Source of the DNA: an uncultured delta proteobacterium
Lineage (GTDB): Bacteria; Desulfobacterota; Binatia; UBA9968
DNA length: 64,000 nt
Assembly: GCA_963816145.1 (NCBI GenBank)
Contig: CAWFJP010000018.1
Span: 1-64,000 of the forward strand
Reading direction: 5' to 3'
Shown here piece after piece: positions 19,534 to 29,169 of this stretch. The translations under genes and the position numbers were made by a program. Below the pieces are notes generated by a model. It was given only the letters and a program-made list of their open reading frames with translations, made no database searches and was not told the origin of the DNA. The first letter of the stretch is position 1. Every line of letters starts with the position of its first letter.

Positions 19534-20302
19534 GTTTCTCCTTCAATTCGAGCTCCCACAATTTAGCATATTTCAAAAACACATATACCGCCGCCGTCAA
19601 CGCGACATAGAATCCGGCGAATCCTTCCATGAAACCTCGCTTGAGAATATAGGAACGAAAAAACCGCACTGCCGGACGCAACAAAGCATCGCTTAACCGC
19701 CATCGGCCGCCGGCCTTTTTAAGCTCGGCCGAGGAGACGGTCGTGAAACGATTGATCCGGTTGATATGGTCATCGATGCTTCGATAGGTAAAATGATGCA
19801 ACGGGTGTTGTAGTCTGCGCACCTTGCCATCGACGATAATCTTTTCATGCGGCTCGGCGCCTCCCCAACTCGCCTGCTTGCGCCGAAACAGCCGCACGTC
19901 ATAATCTGGATACCAGCCGCCGCGGCGCCACCAGCGCCCAAGGTAATGCACTAAACGCGGAATGGCGTAACCGGCAAATTCGCCTTTGTCACCGGCCAAA
20001 ACCTCAGTAATTTCTCGCCTCAGCTCGTCGCTCACCCGTTCGTCTGAGTCGACCAGCAAAACCCACTCCATGGTCGCTAACGAATGCGCGTAGGCCTTCT
20101 GATCTCTATAGCCAGCCCACTGTCGTTGGACAAATTTTTCGGTATAGCGTCGGCAAATTTCCGGAGTCTTATCCGTGCTATAGGAATCGACGACCACAAT
20201 CTCGTCGCACCAGGCGAGACTCTTCAAGCAATCCTCGATGCGATCTTCTTCGTTAAAGCAAACCACGATCGCGGAGGTGCTCAATGAAAGCGATGCAGCC
20301 AT
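19511..20302 (-). CDS. GT2 glycosyltransferase (WaaE/KdtX-like)
   Basis: NEE, VVDSYSTD, DSDE and WYPD..RLF motifs. Confidence 0.88.
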   Translation of the reverse strand: MAASLSLSTSAIVVCFNEEDRIEDCLKSLAWCDEIVVVDSYSTDKTPEICRRYTEKFVQRQWAGYRDQKAYAHSLATMEWVLLVDSDERVSDELRREITEVLAGDKGEFAGYAIPRLVHYLGRWWRRGGWYPDYDVRLFRRKQASWGGAEPHEKIIVDGKVRRLQHPLHHFTYRSIDDHINRINRFTTVSSAELKKAGGRWRLSDALLRPAVRFFRSYILKRGFMEGFAGFYVALTAAVYVFLKYAKLWELELKEKRDGERKR

Positions 20303-20430
20303 TAAAAATATCGGCCAGAGCGATGGCGAACTAATAGAACCACGAATATGGCGATGACGTGATGGAATGGGTTCGCTGACAATATCCGGATAACCTCACT
20401 AAGCACTGATCCTTCAATGAAGCGATGAAA

Positions 20431-21339
20431 TTACCCTTGCGAGTCGACTAAGCGATTCAATTTAACCGCTAACATCGCGCGATAATGAAAGTAGCGTCCC
20501 TTGGCGCGATACTTCTTGCGCATGTTCCCCGTGAGATTATGACAACCGAGTTGAATCGTTGATTTCGTGAGATTCGCGAGGATCGATGCCATCGATTGCT
20601 TCTTGTAAATCAACCGGCTGCGCCCTTGCTGTTCGTGCCTTTGACGAAAAAATTCCTCGGAGAGCCTGCACCGATCCACTTCGTGAATCACGCCGGCCGA
20701 GGGTTCATAACCGATACGCATTCCCATTTTCGTTATCCGCTGGGCAAACTCGACATCCTCGGATATTCCTGAACAGCCAGGCCCCAATGCCTGGTTAAAA
20801 ACCCCGACCCGGTCAAACACCTTACGCCGGATCGCCATGTTCGCACCAGTGAGAGTATAGATCTCTGTCATGTTTGACGGATATTGGACGAAGTTGATGG
20901 TACGGTAGCGTTCATGCAAACGTAAAAATTCCTCATCATGGCGAAATTCCGGCGGCATTAGAATCGGCCCCTGCATGACGTCAAAGTACGGTTTGTCGCG
21001 AAAGAAATTCGCCGCAACTCTCAACCAGTCGGGTGTCACTTCAACATCGTCATCGAAAAACACCAATATGGCACCCTTGGACTTGGCAATCGCGCGATTC
21101 TGCGCGCGGCACTTGCCGGGAAGCATTTCTCGAATACGCCGGAAACGCTCCGGCATCCTATCGGCGTAGCGAGCAATGACGCCATCGATACCTTGAGCCG
21201 TGGCTTCGTCCCTAGCGTTATTGGCAATCAACACTTCAATATCGAACGAAGACTTAACAAAATATTCTGCAATTCCACCCAACAGTCGATCCAACGCATC
21301 GGCGCGATCAAAGGTCGCAATGATGATGCTAAAATCCAT
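20431..21339 (-). CDS. GT2 glycosyltransferase
   Basis: SIIIATF, FFDDD, GANM and SEDVE motifs. Confidence 0.87.
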   Translation of the reverse strand: MDFSIIIATFDRADALDRLLGGIAEYFVKSSFDIEVLIANNARDEATAQGIDGVIARYADRMPERFRRIREMLPGKCRAQNRAIAKSKGAILVFFDDDVEVTPDWLRVAANFFRDKPYFDVMQGPILMPPEFRHDEEFLRLHERYRTINFVQYPSNMTEIYTLTGANMAIRRKVFDRVGVFNQALGPGCSGISEDVEFAQRITKMGMRIGYEPSAGVIHEVDRCRLSEEFFRQRHEQQGRSRLIYKKQSMASILANLTKSTIQLGCHNLTGNMRKKYRAKGRYFHYRAMLAVKLNRLVDSQG

Positions 21340-21342
21340 AAA

Positions 21343-22248
21343 TCAAATGCGCGGGTTCACGGCCATCCATTGTAATTGATACAAACGGTATTTGGGGTTC
21401 AACCATGACAGTCCGACCGCTGAACGCAAGGATTCCCGCGCCTCGGCGGCCTTTCCCTTTTTCATTTGGGTTTTAGCCAATCGATAGTAGCGATACGCCA
21501 ATCGGGCATGAATCCGGCGTCTTCCCAGAACTTCCTCGGCTTGAGGAAAGTTACCAAGCAGATTTTCAATCACCTGAATATTCTCCGAAAGTCGCCGCTC
21601 TTGGTCCGAGCTGATGTTGCCGGCGTGCTTGCGATATAAAAACACCGCCTTGTCCAAATAGGCCATGGGATAATGCGCCCATAAACGAAATGCCAGATCC
21701 AAATCCATACAGATCCAGAGGCCCTCATTGTGACCGCCAATTTGATCGTAACATTTCTTCGCGATTAGCCCGGCCTGTAAACGCACGATGCTCTTGTCGA
21801 ATATATCTTGGAGATGGACGGGTCGCCCAGATAGTCGACGGGATTTGGATTCCGGTATAATCGTTTCTCGATTGTGCACTGACCCGCTTAAATACTTACC
21901 GTTGGCGAATACCATACCGACCTGCGGATGTTCCGCCACGTAACCATACAGGACATCGAGATGGTTAGGCAGGCACAAATCATCGGAATCCTGGATTGAA
22001 ATCCACGCCGCGGTAGCATGGCGCACCCCCAAATTACGTGCGGCGGAGGGACCGCCATTGTCCTGATACAAGTAGCGAACCCGAGACCCGTACGCATCGA
22101 CCACACGCCGAGTATCGTCCGTCGACCCGTCGTCCACCACGATCACTTCAAAATCGCGGAATTTTTGCGCAAAAATACTGTCGAGCGTGGCACCAAGATA
22201 GTCGCTGCGGTTAAAAGTTGCGACGACAACCGAAACAAATGGACTCAC
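21343..22248 (-). CDS. GT2 glycosyltransferase
   Basis: VVDDGSTD, ARN and DSDD motifs; helical TPR-like C-terminus. Confidence 0.88.
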   Translation of the reverse strand: MSPFVSVVVATFNRSDYLGATLDSIFAQKFRDFEVIVVDDGSTDDTRRVVDAYGSRVRYLYQDNGGPSAARNLGVRHATAAWISIQDSDDLCLPNHLDVLYGYVAEHPQVGMVFANGKYLSGSVHNRETIIPESKSRRLSGRPVHLQDIFDKSIVRLQAGLIAKKCYDQIGGHNEGLWICMDLDLAFRLWAHYPMAYLDKAVFLYRKHAGNISSDQERRLSENIQVIENLLGNFPQAEEVLGRRRIHARLAYRYYRLAKTQMKKGKAAEARESLRSAVGLSWLNPKYRLYQLQWMAVNPRI

Positions 22249-22330
22249 TGAAAAATCCTTTGGGTCATCTTGTTAAGTTCCGCCATCCTCGCAATGAGAC
22301 TGTGTCGACTATTCGACCCCCGCCATTGGC

Positions 22331-23197
22331 CTAAATCGAGAAAGCGGCAGGGCCGCGCACTTGTTGCAATGCCTTGGCGGCGTCTAAGTGAGTCGATGAA
22401 TTAATCACTTTGGCAATCAATTTTCGCTTTAACCGTCGATCGAAGAAGGATCGGGCCAGGTAGGCGCGCAAAAATGCCAGTCGTTGCGTCTTACTTAGAT
22501 GGCGGCCCAGAGTCCGATTCAGTTGAACGAGATTCTTGATCCGCCGGCTCTCCGACAAGTGTCGATATTGGCGCACCCCCTCGAGATCAAGCAAATATAA
22601 ATTTATCGAATCGCCATCATTCCCCGGTGCTGCAAGAATGTTCGCATCCTTCAAATCATTGTGGTAAACGCTCTGGCCGTGCAGCGCGCGAAACAGCGCA
22701 CCCAAAGCATTCAAAAATACTCGACGACGTTTGAAACCCGCACGAAGTGGGCACGGCTGTAGGGTGGTCATCCAATAGACGTCGACGGTGACGCCGCCGG
22801 AGATTTCCTTGGAAAGAAAAAAACTCTTATGAACCGCTCCTTGTCTGCGCTCTTCGACGGCCGCGATCGGCTTTGCCGTTGGGATACCCTTCCCGTTCAA
22901 AATCGCCGCGCCGCGCAGAGATTTCACCCCTCCCGAAGGGACAAAAGCCGAACCGAAACGCTGGCGCAGCGAAAACGAGTTATAACGCTTGATGTAGATC
23001 CCCTGCTTTTCACCGCTAACATCGATCACAACTCTCGCGACCTTAATCTTGTATTGATCCTTGACGACTTCACATGTGGGAAACTCGAAAAACTCGTCGG
23101 GATTTTTTAAGAGTACAATGAACTTTGGATCGGCATAACTATTGTCCAGCCAAATCTTACACTTTCCTTGCCGATGTAAAACAAAATTAGGATACAC
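22331..23197 (-). CDS. Kdo/WaaP/InaA family LPS kinase
   Basis: YIKRY, HNDLKDANIL, LLDLE and NLVQLN kinase motifs within the LPS cluster. Confidence 0.82.
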   Translation of the reverse strand: MYPNFVLHRQGKCKIWLDNSYADPKFIVLLKNPDEFFEFPTCEVVKDQYKIKVARVVIDVSGEKQGIYIKRYNSFSLRQRFGSAFVPSGGVKSLRGAAILNGKGIPTAKPIAAVEERRQGAVHKSFFLSKEISGGVTVDVYWMTTLQPCPLRAGFKRRRVFLNALGALFRALHGQSVYHNDLKDANILAAPGNDGDSINLYLLDLEGVRQYRHLSESRRIKNLVQLNRTLGRHLSKTQRLAFLRAYLARSFFDRRLKRKLIAKVINSSTHLDAAKALQQVRGPAAFSI

Positions 23198-24341
23198 AAC
23201 TAGCGCTCGGCCGATAAACTACTTCCTTGAGCAGCGCATCGAGCTGGTGGAAATGACTAACCCAAGAGTACGCCTCGGCGAGCCGCCGCGCGATTTCGCG
23301 AAATTCCGGCTTCGAACTTTGTTCGAGCATGGTTACGATGCCAGTTTCCAGCTGCGCTGGGTCGCTGGCATCATCGACAACGCCCTGGCGCAAGCTCCCA
23401 TTAAGGATCGCGCCGGCGCCGACCGCACGGCTCACGACCACCGGCACACCGGAAGCCAACGCTTCAAGGACGACATTGCCGAATGCCTCCTGCAGCGCCG
23501 GCAGAGCGAGCAGGTCGGCGCTCGCGTAGTAGTTTTCGATATCGTCCTGGCGACCGACGAAGAGAATGCGTTCGCCCGCCACCGAATGCGCCCAGTTCTT
23601 GTAATAGCCCATGCGTCCGTCGTCTCCGGCAACCATCAAATAAACTTGGCTCAATCGGGGACGGTTCCAAATCGCGATAAGACGGTCCAAACCCTTGCGG
23701 GAAAAACCACTGCCGACGAATAACACCAATCGCGCCTCGTTCGGAACCCGCCAGCGCGCGCGCAACGCCTCGTGCATCACGGCGCGCCGGGAGGGATGGA
23801 AGCGCCGGTGATCGACGCCGTTGTACAGAACCGTAATTTTATCCCGGCTGATGGGGTAATTTAGCTGGATATCGTGCTGGACCTCATCGGACACGGCGAT
23901 AACGCGCTGAAGTCGGCGGTCACTGTACTGCCTTTTCTCAATCTGCAAGAGACTCTGGTGATAGGGGCTCAAGCGTTGCCATATCTTACGCGCCGATCCG
24001 CGCTCCTGTCCCATGCGCAATAAGAAACCGCGATGTGTGCCGCCGCCGCTGCGCAAGACATCCTGAGATAATAAACGGCCGAACCCAACAACAACGTCGC
24101 ATTCATGAGGGCTGATGATTCTTGGCGCGAACAGCGCGAAGCTCCACAATCGCATTGTCCGTCCCATGGGCACAACCGGGATCGTATGGGCTACCGTGCC
24201 TTGCGGCGCCGGGACTCCATACTCGCTACAAAACAAATGGACCTGATGGTCACGATCGCGCAACCCCACGGCAGTCTGATAGAGATCTCTCTCCGTCCCC
24301 CCGTTGAGATCCAGCCGTTTATGAACCAGGGCGATTTTCAC
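23187..24341 (-). CDS. GT4 glycosyltransferase (WaaG-like)
   Basis: GTG start at 24341 (MKIALVHKR); GGTERD, GSGFSRKG and EAFGNVVLEA motifs. Confidence 0.88.
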   Translation of the reverse strand: MKIALVHKRLDLNGGTERDLYQTAVGLRDRDHQVHLFCSEYGVPAPQGTVAHTIPVVPMGRTMRLWSFALFAPRIISPHECDVVVGFGRLLSQDVLRSGGGTHRGFLLRMGQERGSARKIWQRLSPYHQSLLQIEKRQYSDRRLQRVIAVSDEVQHDIQLNYPISRDKITVLYNGVDHRRFHPSRRAVMHEALRARWRVPNEARLVLFVGSGFSRKGLDRLIAIWNRPRLSQVYLMVAGDDGRMGYYKNWAHSVAGERILFVGRQDDIENYYASADLLALPALQEAFGNVVLEALASGVPVVVSRAVGAGAILNGSLRQGVVDDASDPAQLETGIVTMLEQSSKPEFREIARRLAEAYSWVSHFHQLDALLKEVVYRPSASCVS

Positions 24342-25125
24342 CGTTGATAATTTTCCTAGCTTTGACCACGAAGTTGTTCGAAAGCAATATCGCCGGATGC
24401 AACATGTAGGAAAGGATCTGCCCATTGTCGCCGCGCTGCACCGGGTCTTTCCCGGCGTAAACAACTGACAGCAAACTGAAGATCCGCATCGAGGGCCAGA
24501 GTAAATACGTGAAAAACCGTGATGCGAATTTTACCCGCGCCCGGCTGAGTTCCGACACCGTCAAGCCGTAATGGAAAAGCAGATAATAAAGCTCGTAGAA
24601 ATGTAACAGATAAATATTCGGCGCCGTAACGGGCATCTTGGAATAGTGAACCGGGCGAATTCGGCCTCTCAGAAATCCGCTCAAGAGAAAGCGTATCCGC
24701 GAAATCAGGTTGAGCACATTGGGTGCGCTTAGCGCCAGATTTCTACCCGGTTTTAGAATCCGGCCAATTTCACGGATCAATTGCGGCTGATTTTCGATAT
24801 GTTCGTCACCTCCACGATATTGACAGCATCGAAGCTGCCAGTGCGAAACGGCAAAGGAAGATTTAAATTCACGCCGCCGACCCTTCAGATGCCGGCACTC
24901 ATCGGCACTGGCAAGCGGTATTCGGTCGTGACAACTCGAAAACCCAATTTAGCTGACAGCTCCGAACTATGGCCGGCACCGGCGCTTAAATCCAACACGG
25001 TCCGACCTTTTGCTATTTTATTCGACCATGCCGCCTCAACGGCATCACGAATCTGCGAATTCGACCTTCTTTAGGTTCACCAGGATCGTGCAGGCGCCAC
25101 CGAGAAGACGGGATTCCCGACTCAT
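24319..25125 (-). pseudogene. Disrupted class I SAM-dependent methyltransferase
   Basis: The upstream frame reads VLDLSAGAG...AGI*RVGGVNLNLPLPFRTGSFDAVNIVEV. A 1-nt deletion near 24805 joins it to EHIENQPQLIREIGRILKPG. In-frame TGA at 24885-24887 and a further TAA at 25071-25073. Confidence 0.8.
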
Positions 25126-25128
25126 GAA

Positions 25129-26007
25129 CTAGGGCCGCAATCGCAGCGCGGTTTCCCCCTGCCAAGACATCAGTTTTCTAAAACTAACCGGCGCATCGAC
25201 TCCGTCGACGTCGTGACGGCGCTGCCGAGTCTTCTGCTCTAGCCAAACGGCGAAATCCCTCTGCGCTTTGCCGAAGCGATCGACTTTCAAGTAGCTGCGC
25301 AAAAAACGCATGCGATCTTGCAATGTGATATGGGCCAAAGGTATCCGATTTAGCTGGACTAAATTCCGATTGCGCAAACCGACTGTCAACCACGCCGGAA
25401 AACGTCGGGTGCGGTCGTTATCCATCAGGTAGAAAACCAGCGAGTCATCGATCTGGCGCGCGATGAAAATGTTTGTCGCAACGAGATCGCCATGCACGAA
25501 ACCCAAGTCGTGAAATCGCCGCACCAACTGACCAAGTTGCGCCAGGGCGCGGCGCTTCATTTTGATCTGCACGATATTATCACGGGCGTACACCAAAGCC
25601 GATAAAAAAACCGGCGCCGGCTGACCGGCGATTTTTTCAGTCAGAACCAAAGACCTATCTGGTGGTCCCCAACGGCGTTTTTCGCCGATCACGACGGATT
25701 GCGGCACATTGAACCCCGCCGCGCTGAGCGCCAGGCCTTGACGCCAAAAATGGCGCGCCTTGGTCTGACGCAATAGATCTTTAAGCTTCGCCGCGCCGCA
25801 GCGGCGATGAAACACTTTGAGAAAAAATTGCTTCGTGGTTGTTTCCGGCGGCCAGGCGAACGGCAGGGTTTGCGGATGTTTGGAATAGGGCTGGTTATCG
25901 ACAATGGTCGCAAGACGCTCGACCATGCTGGAATCCATCCCTCCCTTCAGCGTCCAGAAGACCCAGTGTCCGACACGAATGATTCGATAGTCAACCGCAC
26001 TCGACAT
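25129..26007 (-). CDS. Kdo/WaaP/InaA family LPS kinase
   Basis: FLKVF, HGDLVATNIF, LMDND and NLVQLN motifs. Confidence 0.82.
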   Translation of the reverse strand: MSSAVDYRIIRVGHWVFWTLKGGMDSSMVERLATIVDNQPYSKHPQTLPFAWPPETTTKQFFLKVFHRRCGAAKLKDLLRQTKARHFWRQGLALSAAGFNVPQSVVIGEKRRWGPPDRSLVLTEKIAGQPAPVFLSALVYARDNIVQIKMKRRALAQLGQLVRRFHDLGFVHGDLVATNIFIARQIDDSLVFYLMDNDRTRRFPAWLTVGLRNRNLVQLNRIPLAHITLQDRMRFLRSYLKVDRFGKAQRDFAVWLEQKTRQRRHDVDGVDAPVSFRKLMSWQGETALRLRP

Positions 26008-27052
26008 GTCTCACGAGTTCCGTCTTTCCGCCATCAATAACCCGCTTGAGTTTCGCAGCGATGTCCTCCGTTCCAATCGACCGCATACACTGCCGGCCGA
26101 TCGAACAGCGTTTACGGTTGCAGGGGCTGCAAGGGGCTGCGCCTTTGATCGCCAGACTTTCGAAACCGTAGGGGCCGGTTCTCGCGGGATCGGTCGCACC
26201 CCATAACGAGATTACCGGGACATTGAGCGCCGCAGCGATATGCATCAAACCGGTGTCGGGCCCGACCGCCAACTTCGCCCGGGCAATAATCCCGATGGCC
26301 TCACGCAAACTTGTGCGACCCGCAAGATTGACTACGCCCGGACCGATCAAAGCTAAAGACTGCGCCGCCAGCTGTCGGTCGTTGACGCCACCGAGCAAGA
26401 CCACCGCGAGCCGGTGTTCGCGGCGCAGCAAGTCAGCGCATGCGGCAATTTGATCGGCAAACCAATTTTTGCTTTCCCATCGGGTACCAAGGAATAGAGC
26501 CGCGAAGGAACCGACAGTATCCGAGAGATACATATCGACGCGATTTCGCTCGACATCGCTTAGAGCAAAGTCCCACCGTAGTGGAGCTTTCGGCAAGCCG
26601 AGAAACTCGGCAAACTTGAGGTAGTGGTCGAGCTTAGAAATCTGATTGCCACACCGATCGATAAACAAATTATTGAACAGCCAGTTGCACTCCTTGGCGT
26701 CGCCACGGTGAAAGCCCAACCGGTGCGGCGCGCCACTGCAACGGCTAATCACGCCGCTTTTGAGATGGCGCTGCAGGTCCAATACCAGATCGAATTTGCG
26801 CCGGTGAATTTGGCGGAGGAAGCCTATGACGCTCTTCCACCAATGGCGCCGATCGAACAAAATCACTTCATCGATCGCCGGGTTGCCTTTAAGCAACGGC
26901 GCCGATACCGGTTCTACCGACCAGGCGATGAATGCGTTGGGATAACCGGCCCGCAACAACCCCGCCAGCGGCAATGCCCGCGTCACGTCGCCGATGGAAC
27001 CATGCAAGACCAGCAGGATTCGCCGGGCATCGATCTTAGGCAGCGGCAGCAT
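25991..27052 (-). CDS. GT9 heptosyltransferase (WaaC/OpsX-like)
   Basis: SIGDV, DLQ, SKNW, DTGLMHIAAA and TGPY motifs; Cys-rich CSPC..C..C tail. Confidence 0.88.
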   Translation of the reverse strand: MLPLPKIDARRILLVLHGSIGDVTRALPLAGLLRAGYPNAFIAWSVEPVSAPLLKGNPAIDEVILFDRRHWWKSVIGFLRQIHRRKFDLVLDLQRHLKSGVISRCSGAPHRLGFHRGDAKECNWLFNNLFIDRCGNQISKLDHYLKFAEFLGLPKAPLRWDFALSDVERNRVDMYLSDTVGSFAALFLGTRWESKNWFADQIAACADLLRREHRLAVVLLGGVNDRQLAAQSLALIGPGVVNLAGRTSLREAIGIIARAKLAVGPDTGLMHIAAALNVPVISLWGATDPARTGPYGFESLAIKGAAPCSPCNRKRCSIGRQCMRSIGTEDIAAKLKRVIDGGKTELVRHVECG

Positions 27053-27845
27053 TGTAGTATTCTAAAAAACCATCCCAACGTGCAGCGGAGAAGTATTGCC
27101 GTTGCGGGTCGAGCTTCCGGATCGATCGTAACAAGCGATCAAGATTTTTCTGGGCCAGCGGCGCGGGAAGTTGCCCCAAGACCAGAATCGCCTTATCGAA
27201 ATCGATCACATGGCTCTCCACGCCGACGGCGCTCGAACGAACTAAAATATTCTTGAGATTGAGATCGCGATGATAAATCCCCTCGCGATGCATCCGGCGA
27301 ATCGACGCCGCAACCGCTTTCAAGATAGTCTCGATGCCAACGCTTTCGGAGTATCCGTTTTGCAATCCTGCCCACAGATCTTGCGCGCCTTCCAACCGTC
27401 GGGTCACCAACCAGCCGCGGTAAAAAGGTCCACGGATTTTTTCGACGCACGCGGCCAAGACCTCCACAGTCGGAAAACCTCGGCGGCGCAGCTCCTCGGT
27501 GATGATCAATTCACGGAACGGCCTGGGCGGCCAGGAGAAAAACCACTTGCCGGATAGCGAACGGAAAAACCCGCCATGATGGTAGCAGCGAAAAAGCGCG
27601 GTGGTGCCATCGGCCAATTGCACCGACCGCATATCGCCACGCCCAAAAACGCTCGCCGCATCGCCTCGACTCTCGATCTCCAAGCAAGTCGAAAAAAGTA
27701 TTTCCCGTTGGCGATCGGCCCGCACCGCCAAGCGATTTCCGCGCGGGTCGGTCAATTTCTGAAAACCTTCCGGAATCGCGCCCCAGATCATTTTCTCCGA
27801 AAACATACCGCGGGAGCTCTCTAGGAGGGTTTCCTGGGCCGCCAA
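27036..27845 (-). CDS. kdkA: 3-deoxy-D-manno-octulosonic acid (Kdo) kinase-like protein
   Basis: GRG, RCYHHGG, RPFREL, HRDLNLKNIL, IDFD and NLDRLLRS resemble KdkA. Confidence 0.75.
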   Translation of the reverse strand: MAAQETLLESSRGMFSEKMIWGAIPEGFQKLTDPRGNRLAVRADRQREILFSTCLEIESRGDAASVFGRGDMRSVQLADGTTALFRCYHHGGFFRSLSGKWFFSWPPRPFRELIITEELRRRGFPTVEVLAACVEKIRGPFYRGWLVTRRLEGAQDLWAGLQNGYSESVGIETILKAVAASIRRMHREGIYHRDLNLKNILVRSSAVGVESHVIDFDKAILVLGQLPAPLAQKNLDRLLRSIRKLDPQRQYFSAARWDGFLEYYNAAAA

Positions 27846-27854
27846 AAAGCACCT

Positions 27855-28946
27855 CTAAGCAGCGATAAATTCCGGGGCAAAGAGATCACGACCTACCCTA
27901 ACCTTGCCGCCGAGAAGTTTTTCCACCGCTGTCAAAACCGTTTGAGGGCGAATCTGGCGGATGCAGTTCTCGTGGGCCAGCGGGCACCGTCGACCGCCAT
28001 GGGAGGTACAGGGACGGCAAGCCAGCTGTTTTTCAATGACGATGGCATTCGCACTGTATGGATAAAATCCCTGATCCGGCGTGGTCGCGCAAAAAATCGC
28101 CACCGTCGGCACCTTGCGGGCGACGGCGATATGCATCGGCCCGCTGTCGTTGGTGACAAATACCCGACAGCGACCAATCGCGGCCGGCAACTCACGCAAG
28201 CTGAATTTTCCCGCAAGATTCACCGCTGCTCCGCCGCAACTGTGAAATAATCGCTCAACGATATCCCCATCCTCAGGTCCGCCGAAAAGTAAAACCTGAC
28301 AATCGAGATTCGCATGGGCGAGCCCAATAAACTCGGTGAACCCTTCCATCCACCAGCGCTTGGTCGGCCAGACCGAACCGGAGTTTATTCCAATTGCCAG
28401 TGTACCATCCACAACGCCCAAATCGCGGAGTTTCTGGGTAACTTGATTGTCGATTTCCGGCCGCGGTACAAGTTCGATTTCCCGAGCGCAGTCTTCAACC
28501 CTCACGCCTAGCGGTTCCAGAACAGACAAGTTACGCTCGACGTCATGCCGGGACGGATCGCGCTCGGCCCGATGATGAAAGAGAAACCAACCTTTACTCT
28601 GGCGGAAGCCGATTCGTTGGGGAATCTTTGCCTGGTACAACAGGTAAGCAGTGCGCGCCGACTTATGCGGCGTCAGAGCAATCGTAAATTGCTTCTGTTG
28701 CAGCACCGCCGCTTGGTCTTGCAATCCCCGCCAACCGCGATGTTGTTTTTTTTTGTCATCGACGATGATCTCATCAATCGCCGGGTGATCCTGCAAAAGC
28801 TCCTCACCGAGCGGTGTGCACATCAGCGACAGCTTTTTGACCGGAAATCTTCGCCTGATTTCCGCGATCAATGGCAGCGTCAACACCATGTCGCCGAGAA
28901 AGCTGGTTTGTAAAACCAGCACGTTGTCCCAATTGACCGCGCGCAT
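27855..28946 (-). CDS. waaF: LPS heptosyltransferase II (GT9)
   Basis: QTSFLGD, GSVWPTKRW, NDSGPMH and CRPC..HG..CP motifs. Confidence 0.85.
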   Translation of the reverse strand: MRAVNWDNVLVLQTSFLGDMVLTLPLIAEIRRRFPVKKLSLMCTPLGEELLQDHPAIDEIIVDDKKKQHRGWRGLQDQAAVLQQKQFTIALTPHKSARTAYLLYQAKIPQRIGFRQSKGWFLFHHRAERDPSRHDVERNLSVLEPLGVRVEDCAREIELVPRPEIDNQVTQKLRDLGVVDGTLAIGINSGSVWPTKRWWMEGFTEFIGLAHANLDCQVLLFGGPEDGDIVERLFHSCGGAAVNLAGKFSLRELPAAIGRCRVFVTNDSGPMHIAVARKVPTVAIFCATTPDQGFYPYSANAIVIEKQLACRPCTSHGGRRCPLAHENCIRQIRPQTVLTAVEKLLGGKVRVGRDLFAPEFIAA

Positions 28947-28950
28947 TTTT

Positions 28951-29118
28951 TTACAGCGGCACCGCCTCGTCGATCAACATCACCGGGATATCGTCTTTAA
29001 TTTGATACATGAGGCGACAGGCATTGCATACCAAACCGTCACCCTTGTCGTTGAGATGAATGTCCCCTTTGCATTTGGGACATGCCAGGATATCGAGAAG
29101 ATCTTTACTGATAGCCAT
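28951..29118 (-). CDS. Trm112/YcaR family protein
   Basis: LLDILACPKCKG..CNAC..YQIKDDIPVML; start MAISK after GGAGG. Confidence 0.92.
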   Translation of the reverse strand: MAISKDLLDILACPKCKGDIHLNDKGDGLVCNACRLMYQIKDDIPVMLIDEAVPL

Positions 29119-29169
29119 AATCGCTGCCTCCAATTTCACCCAAAATCTTAATTTTGAACTTAGTCTAAA

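Noticed and set aside
20303-20430. Open minus-strand stretch between GT2 genes as a gene remnant
   Set aside because: No start codon and no recognisable similarity.
24885-24887. In-frame TGA as selenocysteine or recoding
   Set aside because: The same gene has a frameshift and another stop, the position is not a catalytic Cys site, and TGA is a normal stop in neighbouring genes.
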